This document shows, piece after piece, positions 53,841 to 64,000 of a stretch of 64,000 bases of DNA. The DNA lies in assembly GCF_036321535.1 (NCBI RefSeq), contig NC_087437.1, positions 40,178,001-40,242,000 of the forward strand, in the 5' to 3' direction. This stretch comes from Camelus dromedarius (lineage: Eukaryota). Each line of letters starts with the position of its first letter. Positions within the stretch are counted from its first letter, which is position 1. Both the position numbers and the translations under genes were made by a program. Under the pieces are notes generated by a model that was given only the letters and a program-made list of their open reading frames with translations, had not been told where the DNA came from and did not search any database.

Positions 53841-54199
53841 TTTGTTTTTAAGCCTTTTTATCTCCATAGTCTCTATCTACAATCATGCTCAAGTTCCAGT
53901 CTCACCAAACCTTCATTGTTTTCTCCTCAAGCCACAGTTCTGTCAATCATTTCCTTTACTGTCAAATGTTTGGAAAGAATGGTTTGTGCTCGCTGGCGCC
54001 ACTTCTTCATCACATTCACCAATTAACCCTCTACATTCCGGTTTTGCCACGTTCACCTAGCCAAATAAATTGTTTCTCAAAGGTCACCACCAATGACCTA
54101 TGCATGGTCAGGTCACTCAAGATGACTGTCCTCTTGCTCTCTGTGCATCCCCTGCTCAACCAGTCTTGGCTACACTCACATGAGAATCCAATCCTCTTA

Positions 54200-54464
54200 A
54201 TTATAGGGCTTAATTTGTGCCTGATGAGCCCACCTCACGTCAATTCTCCCTATAAATAGTAGCATCCTTGTCTCCAGAGTAGCGAAGACTGCTGCTTCTG
54301 CTGGCTGGCTGCTGCACACGGTGGGATGTCGCTCCAGGACCTTTGTGTAAGGTCCCCTAACCAATGAACCACTGATGTCTCTGTCACTGTCTCCGGGCTC
54401 TTTCTTCGGCCTTAAGGCTGGGCAGCTACAAGGCTTGCAGGCCGACGGGGTGCAGCCCAACAAC
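54200..54464 (+). mobile_element. 3' half of an old ERVL-class LTR
   Basis: TATAAATA, a degenerate poly(A) signal (aatgaa) and the terminus ggggtgcagcccaaca. Confidence 0.5.
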
Positions 54465-56435
54465 CCACCACCTGACAGATTCAGAAGTCTCTTCTCAGAC
54501 CACACACTACTTGGGTACTCTGTAATATTTGATATGATTGGCAAGTCCAAGCAGCACAGTTGAAAGACCTGTTTCAAACTGTGGGCTCATCAGGTAAGCA
54601 AGTCACTTAGCTTCTCTGAGCCTTGATTTACTCATCTATAAAATGGAAACTATAATTCCTGCCTGGTTCATTTCTTAGGAGCATAGTGTCTTAAACTTAC
54701 TGAGGTCTGTCATGAAGATGGAACTCTGCAGTGCCTTTTACATGAAGGATACTTTATAAATATTGGTTGAATGAATAAATAACTGACTGAATGACTGAAT
54801 ATTAATTTTACAGTTCCTCAATTACCAAAATAAATCAGCGTGATAAATCTTTATTAAAACACCTAAGTATAAATATAAGTACCAGTTTATAAAGCCCCTG
54901 GACCTCTCCTTACAGACCATATATTTCTTCTTTTTTTATTCTATGAAACCCTTTCTTCAAAGAATATTTATGTCACAGCTCAAAATATCAAACAGATGAG
55001 TCAGAGCTGCTACAGGCTGGCTGAGGTGGGAGGGCTGGTGCTCTGTTGGGGGTGCGAAGTGACCACACATGAGCAGTTTTGTGGAGCGACTTGGGGCCTT
55101 TTCTGGCTGCTTTACCACTGAAGCAAGCTCTTGCTTCTCCAGGCGACCCTGTGAGCTAAGTAGTATCTTCTCATCAGGCTCTTTTGCAAGCTAAACCTGT
55201 AGGGGTTGGATTCTGTTGTTCACAACCAAAAGTCCCAACGCTCTCATAACACGCTGTTACATGTTTGTTGCATGGGTGGTGCTGTCCGGGAACCAAGATA
55301 ACAAGTTCCTGTTGTCAAGGAGCTATCTGTCCAGTGGAGGAGACCAACAAGAGAGTGATGGTCACAGCACAGAGGGAAGTACAATGGTGGAGCCATGCAG
55401 CGGGTGCAGCGTGACCGCTGGTAGTGACAGTGAGTGCCTCGGGTCTGGTGGGTGGCTCTCGGCAAGCTTCCAAGTGAAAGTGGTGGATAAATTGCACCTT
55501 AAAGGATGAGTGGGAGTCAGTGAGGCAGGTGGACATAAGGGAGAGATGAACGGGGAAGGAGAGCAGAGGGAGGGTGGCAACACAAGGAAAGGTGTTTCTA
55601 GGCACAGGGAACCACTTTGGCAGAACGTAACCAGTCCAAGAAATGGCAAGTATCAGAATGTCAGGACAGAGGATGAATGTGAGGTTAGGGGAAGGCAGAG
55701 GTCATGAAGAGATGTTCAACCTATCACAAATGCCTTGACGACCATGCTTAAGGGTACAGACTTTCTCTTCAAGGCAAGAAAGACTCGCTGAAGGATTTTA
55801 AGCAAATGAGAGACATCGTGGTGTCTGTGGTTTAGAAAGAGGACCCGGAGGCAGTGTGGAGGACAGGTTGGAAAGAGAGCAAGACTACGAGCAGAGAAAC
55901 CAGTTGGGAAGTGGTGGCAGTAGTCCAGGCAAGAGACAAGGAAAGCCAGGATAGCCATGGAGAGGCAGAACAAGGTCCCAGAGCCAACTGTGGGACAGGA
56001 TTAATGTGACTCCAGGAGCCACTGAGTTTGAGAAGAAATGGAAATAGAGAAGCAACGCATGGCTTAAGCAGCCAGTGTCGCCCAGCTGGGATAACCAGCT
56101 GGCCGGTCTTGCACTATTAATTTAATCATGGTTATAGGTATTCATTAACCATGTTCTCGAAGCTCGAAGACGTACTTTAGAACAAATACCAACAACTTTC
56201 TGGTAGACTATCTCCTTTAAAGGCAGACTTTTTAGCTTTCTATTTCCAAAAATATATTCAATCTGCTTACTGGTGAAATGATATTATTTTGGGTATTTGG
56301 TGCAAATACCAAGGGAAATGAGGGTGGGTGTAAATGAAACAAGATTGGTTGATAATTGTTAGAGAGAGGTGATCATGGGGAGTCCTTATATGGTTCTCTC
56401 TTTTGTATATGTTTGCATAAAAGTTTAAAATGTTT

Positions 56436-56560
56436 GGGGGGAAGGTATAGCTCAAGTGGTAGAGCACATGCTTAGTAGGCATGAGGTCCTTGGTTCAATT
56501 TCCAGTACCTCCACCAAAAATAAATAAATAAACCCAATTACCTCCCTCCACCAAAAAGAA
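56436..56560 (+). mobile_element. tRNA-derived SINE, Vic-1-like
   Basis: ggggggaaggtatagctcaagtggtagagcacatgcttag...ggttcaatttccagtacctcc with A and B boxes and an A-rich tail. Confidence 0.85.
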
Positions 56561-57717
56561 AAAAGCTCAAAGTGTTTAAAAAATATGTTTAATCTAATTG
56601 ATAACATATTGATGGCATTGTATATGACACATAACTTTAGAGAGAGAATTGGTAATATTTGTTTTCATAACCCTTGAAATTGTAATCTCTGCTCTGGGAA
56701 TTTATACTAAAAATACCTGAAATGCAGTGAAGAAGATAATAGGTGAGAGGGAAAGCCAAAGATATTCACTAAAGGGCAAAAAAGGAAGTTACATAATGAT
56801 GGCATATGCATGTAATGGAATATTATGCCACTGTTAAAATTAGGTGTCTGAACATCACGTGGCACTGTGAGAGCTGAGCAGTATAGTAATGTGTCCCAGA
56901 AATGGGATCACGTCTCCATGTAAGCTCAGGAGGGCTTTATAAGCTATTATAACAGTGCAAAGGACGTCCAGTCTGGCCCCAGCTACCTCTCTGATAGTCT
57001 CAGTAGGAGACTCTCGTCCATCTCTCATCCTGCTTCAGCATCCCTGATATCCTGGCTCACTCTCAAGCACCCTAGGCTCACTCCCACCTTGGGCCTTTGC
57101 ATTTACAGATCCTTTGCCTGGAAAGCTGCTCCCACAAATACCTATGTAGCTGGCTTCACTCATCCATTCTATACGGCTGACTTGATTCAGATCTCTGCTC
57201 AAATGCCAACAAATCAGGGACCCCTTCCTTCCAACCTCATCTAAAATAGCACCCCCAACTCATCCATCACTGTCTCCTTAGTCTGCTTTATTTTTCTTTG
57301 TATGACTTATCACACTGAAATTATGCCTGCCTTTGGTTCTTTGTGTACACAGGGTCCTGTTTTTCTTGGCTATATTTCTAACAACAGTGGCCAGCACAGA
57401 GTAGGTGCTCAGTGTTAGTTGACTGGTTGATTGACCACAAATGCAGGCATATGAATAAAAGACTGAAAAGAATCTTGAAGAAATGACCATTTGTGTTAGA
57501 ATAAAAGGAAGTAAGTTATTTTCTGTAAACCTTTTGTAATATCGTATTACTTTTGATAATTTAAAAGTAAAACGAGCAAATTAGTTAAATAATTTAAGGC
57601 AACAAAATAAATGTTTAGAACAGAGACTTACAGTATTAGTTTTTTTAACCCATGTGATCTTTTTAGGGGAGAACATTATTCTAAAAAATAAAGAAATAAC
57701 AGCAGTCAGAAGTTTAC

Positions 57718-57916
57718 CAGGGTCTAAGGAGGCTATCTTCAGTGTCTCCTCACTGATTTGGAAATCAGTTGTTTTAAGGTCATTCATTGCTCTCTTTTCC
57801 ACTTTCAGCTTTGGGGGACTTGAGTTTTGAGCCCCTGAGGAATTTGTCGACAAATGAAGTCTGGGCTTTTGTTTCTTTTCTCTGTCTGAGGAACTTTTCT
57901 TCCCTGTTTGACTCAT
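57718..57916 (-). pseudogene. LRRC31: LRRC31 exon 1 (open frame with compensating +5/+4 duplications)
   Basis: ATG at 57916, translating MSQTGKKSSS...NDLKTTDFQISEETLKIASLDP then G|gtaaac. An alternative frame in the middle reads ETKAQTSFVDKFLRGS...AESGKESN, like recalled human [25 protein letters not shown]. Confidence 0.85.
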
Positions 57917-60021
57917 AACAAGTTGAAGGGAGTCTTTCTCAAATAAGACATCTTCCTGTGGTTTTCTGTTTTCTAGGATTTCTGAGAAGAAAATAAGACT
58001 GTCAAGCCTGTGTGAAATCCTAACTTTCCTACACGAGTTTTTGTTTCCCCTTTTCTTCCTGTTTTATTGCTGGTAATGTTTAACGTAAAAATAAGAATTA
58101 TGTAACCCAGGATCCGGGAACCAACAGATGGTAGCAGATACAAATCCAAAGCAAATTTGAGTTTTAAACTTTGCCCTATTTTATTATGTGAGATACAGTT
58201 CATTAAACATCACTTTGGCAATTGCATTAAATGTGTCAATACATTCTAAATTTCAGCAGTCAATGAGAGCTACCTTTTTTAATCAATTAATTTTGGTTTA
58301 TTATTAGTTTAAAACAGTATGGACAATGTATTATATAAACACGTACAGATTTCCTCGTGATTACTAAAGGTAAAAAGGGTTTGATTTGGTTTCTGTTTTA
58401 ATGAACATTTGGAGCATACAGTTAATGCAATGGTTATAATAACTTTTAGAAAATACATAGAAAGACAAGTCCTGTCCCATTTTTTTTCCCTGGAATTGGT
58501 CACATAGGGCCAGTAAGTGGAAGATATCATCACCGAAGGGCAGGATGCCATCTGGGCATACAAATAAGGAGCTTGTCACAGCAATCAGGATTTTGAGTAC
58601 CTTTGTTGCTCACACACAAGGAACTTCAGTGCTATTAAGAGCTGAGATTTTATATATATATATTTACTAATGCCACACAGCAGAAATTATCCAAGTAAAC
58701 CAGATTTTTAAGCATAATTTTAGTTTGTGTCTCTTCAGAAAGCTACAATATTTTATATGTTTTAAAGCTTATCACGTGGTTTAGGAACAAAACACACACC
58801 AAAAAAAATCAAATAAACCCAGAAAAAATACTGGAGCTTAGCTCTGTTAGAGCCATTCGAGAGTCAGTATTTTTATTAATAGCTTCTTTTGAGCTTTCAA
58901 TGGCAGTTGATACATTTATCTTTTTTCTCTGTGTAATTTCAGTAATTTGCAATGCTTAACATGATAATGTTTTATCTAGTTGTCAGTATTAAATAATAAG
59001 TTGGATCATTTGCTACTGGGAGAACACTGTCACTACTAAATATTGCTTTATTTCATATTCAGCTGTTAATTTTATACATTTAGTGAATATTTTTAAGAGC
59101 TGTAGAGCTGCTTTCTGTATCTGGAAATGTCTGATGTAATGTAAACACACCTAAATTAAAATGAAAAAGAGAAGCCTGTTATATGATTTGCAAAACAACA
59201 CTTAGAACTCTGAACTTTAGATAAATGCTGTGTTTATCAACTAGAGTGACCTTCTAAGAGAGAGAGAATAAGAGGACTTGGCCTGCCGCTAAGCTGTCTG
59301 GCGTTTTGCAAAACTGTCCTCTAGAGGAGTTTGCCTCCAGTGACCCCAGCCTCCTCTCTTTACCTTCTTCTCTTGGCATTTTTACCTTCTCTACTCCAGC
59401 TCTGCACCCCCACTCCATTAAAAACACATTGACAGTAAAGAATTAGTTCACTCCACAAACAGAAATTACCATGGGCCAGATATTCTTACCAAATCAGGAG
59501 ATTCAGTAGAGAACAAGACCCAGTTCATGTCACTGATGAAGTCTTAAGCTGGTGGAAAGATGCCAGTGATTACAAGGGCCATCAGGAAGGAGAGACCCAT
59601 GTAGTCAGGGAACCCCCAGTTGGATTAAGTCTGGCTGGGAGCACAGCCTTTGAACAGAGAGTGACATTGCCTGGATTTTGAAGAACTGAGATAGCCAAAA
59701 AGAGGAAAGGGAGGGAAGCGACTCGGGCAGGAAAAACAGGCTCAAAAGCTTTCAGGCATGAAGGCCTTTAGGAGCCTGGGGCTGGCTCTAGGAGTGAATT
59801 CCAGTTTGCCTGGAGCGAAGGATGTAGATCATGGAGGTTAGGGGCAGGCCTGGCGTGATTTGAGGCTCCAGATTCATAAGGGTCACTCTATTATCCTTCC
59901 AGGGATTTGCTTACATTTTAAGGGAGGGTTAAAAAGTTAAACTAAAGGGATAAAACTATAAATAGAATTTTAGATTCTGTTAATAAAATTTAGATTCTGT
60001 CCTTAGGCCAGGGCCTAATAG

Positions 60022-60402
60022 GTTTTTTTTTTTTAATTGAAGTATAGTCAGTTACAATGTGTCAGTCTCTGGTGTACAGCATAACGTCCCAGTCATGCAT
60101 ATACTTACATACATTCATTTTCGTATTCTTTTTCATTAAAGGTTATTATAAGATACCGAATATAGTTCCCTGTGCTATACAGAAGAAATGTAGGGTTTTT
60201 TTTTAATTTTACATATACTACTTAATATTTGCAAATCTCCCAAATGTATCCCTTCCTACCCCAGTAACCATAAGATTGTTTACTATGTCTGCAAGTCTGT
60301 TTCTGTTTTGTAGATGAGTTCATTAGTGTCTTCTTTTTCTTTTTTTAGATTCCATATTTTTTAGATGAGTGATATCATGTGGTATTTTTCTTTCCCTTTC
60401 TA
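60022..60402 (-). mobile_element. Young 5'-truncated L1 with TSD
   Basis: Poly(T) followed by L1 3'UTR. 9-bp TSD gcctaatag at 60013-60021 and 60403-60411. Confidence 0.8.
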
Positions 60403-61369
60403 GCCTAATAGATATTCTTGAAATTACAATATTCATGGCTTCCTCCCTATAAAATAGGTCTTTCTGTGATACTATATTCTAGAATGGTTCAAGAAACCGT
60501 TTGCACACAGGCGACCTTCAAAATAACTTTGCAGAGCCCACCTTCATGCCTGGGGATAGAATGTCCCATACACCCAGAGTACTTTTTCGGAAGTCACAAT
60601 TGGGCATCCTTTTCTTTTTCTTTCTTTTTTTTTTTTTTCAAATGAGATAGATCCAGTTCTAATTTACCCAGGAACACATAGAAGTGGAACCAGACAGTTG
60701 TCCCAGCCACTGCCCCACAGCTGACCCAGCCTCAGTAGGTTAGGTGGGAAAGAGAGCTCGTGAATCCAGCCACAACCTGCAGCCCTGGCTGCCCATCCTG
60801 ATGCCACCATCACCCCAGGTGCCCTTTTCTTTTAGCTAGTCCTCTAGCCCTGACCCTAGACTTACCTCCGTAGTCATTTCCACTTAATTTCACCTTTTGG
60901 AGATTTATACACAGCCATTCTCTGGAGAGCTAGCCAGCGTAAATGGTTTCACCTTTTCTCCCTGCTTAAATGATGTGACTTCAGCTCCCAAGTCTTAAGA
61001 AAACACTGCGGGATGGTGTTCCAGGATGTGGTGGTTTACCCAAGTGAAACCCCACCCAGCTGTGACACCCCGCTGGACTCTCTGTGCACTATGGAGCAGA
61101 CAGGAAGGGCTGGGGAGCCAGGGAAGGCCAGCAACTACACAGGACTCAAGGGAACAGAAGAGGAAACAAAATACGGAAGGCAGAAAGGAGAAGAAGGCAA
61201 GGGAAGGAAGCAACTGAGAGGCTACTAGAGAATCAGAAAAAGAGCAAGCGTGAAGAAGCAGACTTGTGAGTGTCGGGGGAATGCATCTGCCTGTTTCTTA
61301 ATACTCAGTGGGCTGAGCAGTAGGTGAGCATGCTCATGCTTCAGAAAATTTTTTTCACAATGTATTTGG

Positions 61370-61501
61370 AGAGGGGAGGATTTAGCTCAGTGGTAGAGCA
61401 TGTGCTTAGCATGCATAAGGGCCTGGATTCAATCCCCAGTACCTCCATTAAAAGTAAAATAAAAATACATAGATATATAAATAAAATCTAATTATCCCCC
61501 C
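61370..61501 (+). mobile_element. tRNA-derived SINE, Vic-1-like
   Basis: tttagctcagtggtagagcatgtgcttagcatgc...ggattcaatccccagtacctcc. 12-bp TSD caatgtatttgg at 61358-61369 and 61502-61513. Confidence 0.85.
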
Positions 61502-62139
61502 CAATGTATTTGGGAAGTGCCTCTTTATAAACAAACTTTAACGGGTTCTTAGGCTTCCCAAACCAATTCAAGCTTTAAGACTAGCTTCTGCAAATCTTGT
61601 TTCTGCACTGGGTTTTACTTTGTGAGGGTAAACCCTGGAAGCGGAATTTGGGGAAATGTTCTGATCACATGACAACCAGCCCACAGCAGCTCAAAACTGG
61701 GACTTTGCCTCTTCTCCTAGGGGAGGAGGCACTCACTTATGAGCCCTTTGGGAAAAATGATGCCGGCATTTGAGTGGCCACTGTTGATATTTACGGTATT
61801 GCCAGCAGGTGGGATTATTTGCCATGAAACCCCAAGGATAATAACTATTCGACATGTTATGTCTCTTACACTTAAGTGATTTTTATTTGCTTGCAAAACT
61901 GAAGGGTATCTTTTTTTTCTTTGCCCTCCTAAGTTTGGGTTTAATATATATTTAAATTTTTTGAGGAACGCTTTCAAAGGCCTTAAGATTTTTGATCCAC
62001 TGTTTCAGAGTGACTCACATTTTCAGTGTTGCTTGTTAAAGGGAAATGCATTTTTCTTTCTCTTCAAAACTGACTTCATTAAAATATTTGTCCACAGAAC
62101 TTACATTATTAAAACTTTTCTTTCTCCACAAAACTTTCT

Positions 62140-62645
62140 TCGTTAAAAGGCATGACACGTGCTACAACATAAATGAAACTTGTGGACATAAGAGAAAAAA
62201 AGCCATCACAAAAAGACAAATACTCTGATTCCACTTACTTAAGGTATATGAAGTAGTCAAATTCACAGAAACAGGTAGTAGAACCATGGTTGCCAGAGGC
62301 TGTGGTGGGGAGGAAATGGGGAGCTGCTGTCTAATGGGTACAGAGGTTTAGTTTAGGTTTTGGGGGGGCAGGATTAGAGGTAATTATGTTTATTGATTTA
62401 ATTTTTTTTTTTTAATGGAGTACTGGGGATCGAAGCCAGGGCCTCATGCATGTTGGGCATGCATTCCACCACTTGAGCTATACCCTCCCCTCAGAGTTTT
62501 AATTTTGTAAGATGAAAAAGTTCTGGAACTCTATTGCCCAACAATGTGACTATATTTCACACTACTGAACTGCATACTTAAAAATGGTTACGATGGTAAA
62601 ATTTATGGTATGTGGGGTTTTTTTTTTACAACAATTAAAAATAAA
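62140..62645 (+). mobile_element. L1MB-like 3' end with a nested minus-strand Vic-1-like SINE (about 62350-62491)
   Basis: gacaaatactctgattccactta...atggttgccagaggctg...gatgaaaaagttctgga...actgaactgcatacttaaaaatggtta, interrupted by SINE sequence. Confidence 0.75.
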
Positions 62646-64000
62646 TATATAAATATTTTTAAAATGTGATTCAGAAGGCAAGGACTCTAAATGTAAATAT
62701 TTTTAGGAATACCTTAACCAAGTTCTGCTTTTATTTTTCTTCTTATGTATGTACATGTATACATGATTTTTGAAACTCCATGCCTAAACAGGTTTTAATA
62801 AGAATAAATAAAAATTTTAGGTAATTTTAAAAAACCTACTTCAATCACTGAGTTGTAAAACATTCTGGTGGCATGCAGTCTTGTTACATGTCTGATGGGT
62901 TTACTTCAGGCCTATTCAGAACCCTTGTCTTGAAAACATTAGAGTAGGTATATTTCTAGCATTTTAGTTAACATTACTATTCTCAGTTTATTTAAGCGGA
63001 AAAAGGATTTATCAAAAGGATGACAAAACTTCTGTTAAAAAGATGGTAAAGGTAAAACGAAAGTGTTTATCGCCATGCCTTTTGAACCCCATTCAAACAA
63101 TTAAAGAATTGAAGGAAGAAACCACATCGTAAGTCTGTAAGGATAAAGAGAACTGGATAGATGCCAACAAAATTTTGGAATCTAGCAAGCATGAGGGTGT
63201 ATTTACCTGACTTTATATTCAAGTGCCTGCAAAGGTTGGGGGAACAACCTTTTCAAATTTCAAAATCCCCCCAAATTTAGGAAGTGAACCAGTAATTGTA
63301 CCAGGTAACTCTGAAGGAAGAGGTGGATATGGGTGGGTAGGGCTGAAGACAAGATGATTAGTTTAAAAGTGTAAGAAAATAAACTATTAAATTCCATTTC
63401 TCACCCCCAGGCAGACAGGAGACTTCCCTCGTCCCCACCCTAGAAAAAAAACAGAAAGTTTATTTTCAGGACAGATTGAAACACAGAGGATTTGGATTCA
63501 GAGACACTGGTCATGTTTGAGTGCCTTATTGGATAGGAAGGCTGAGTAAAATCTGTGTATCAAACCATGAGATCCCTCCCTAGCCCCTCTTCAGTTCCTC
63601 TGAGAACTTACTGGCAACCAAGCTTAATCACCCTCTTCCCCCACCCAATAGAGGTTTGTTGGAGGACACCTATCTGGGAAGCTGGCCAACCCAAGAGAAA
63701 AAACCAACAGGTATTGATTGTGTAGAGTCCCTCAGCTAGATGAATCTGTTGCTGCCCAAGCAGTTACAGAGAAGCCCACTGATTGACAGGTCCTATGTAT
63801 ATACACAGAGCTCCCAATGTAACGCCTAGTTCTGTATATGCTTAGAGGGCCAAAGATCTCAAGATAGCTGGAGAAAGACTCAGACATGAAAATGAGATGC
63901 ACAAACGGTAAGAAAAAAGGGAACTTGGAGAAAATAAGGACAATGTAAGGAGAAGAAAAGAATTTTTAAAATCACTAGTATACTTAGGGAGTTAAAAGAT

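Noticed and set aside
56436..56512. tRNA-like sequences (also at 11630, 46075, 61370, 62420)
   Set aside because: These are SINE heads with degenerate stems, A-rich tails and TSDs, not tRNA genes.

Overview
Mammalian genomic DNA, AT-rich and repeat-laden. It is most likely a camelid, because it carries five copies of a tRNA-derived SINE resembling camelid Vic-1. The window is the MYNN-LRRC34-LRRIQ4-LRRC31 cluster (human 3q26.2). It holds the last three coding exons and long 3'UTR of MYNN (+), and a complete 11-exon LRRC34 (-, about 450 aa) with a CpG-island promoter at about 30 kb. It also holds a complete LRRIQ4 with five coding exons (+, 561 aa). The main finding is that LRRC31 (-) is a broken unitary pseudogene. 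Exon 4 has two stop codons and a 2-nt deletion, exon 6 has a dead acceptor, indels and a truncation, and exons 2-3 and 7-9 cannot be found. Exon 5 is intact, and exon 1 has two frameshifting micro-duplications (+5 and +4 nt) that cancel, so a residual 132-aa mini-protein is possible. Gene names, exon numbering and repeat families come from recall of human proteins and repeat consensus sequences; no database search was run.
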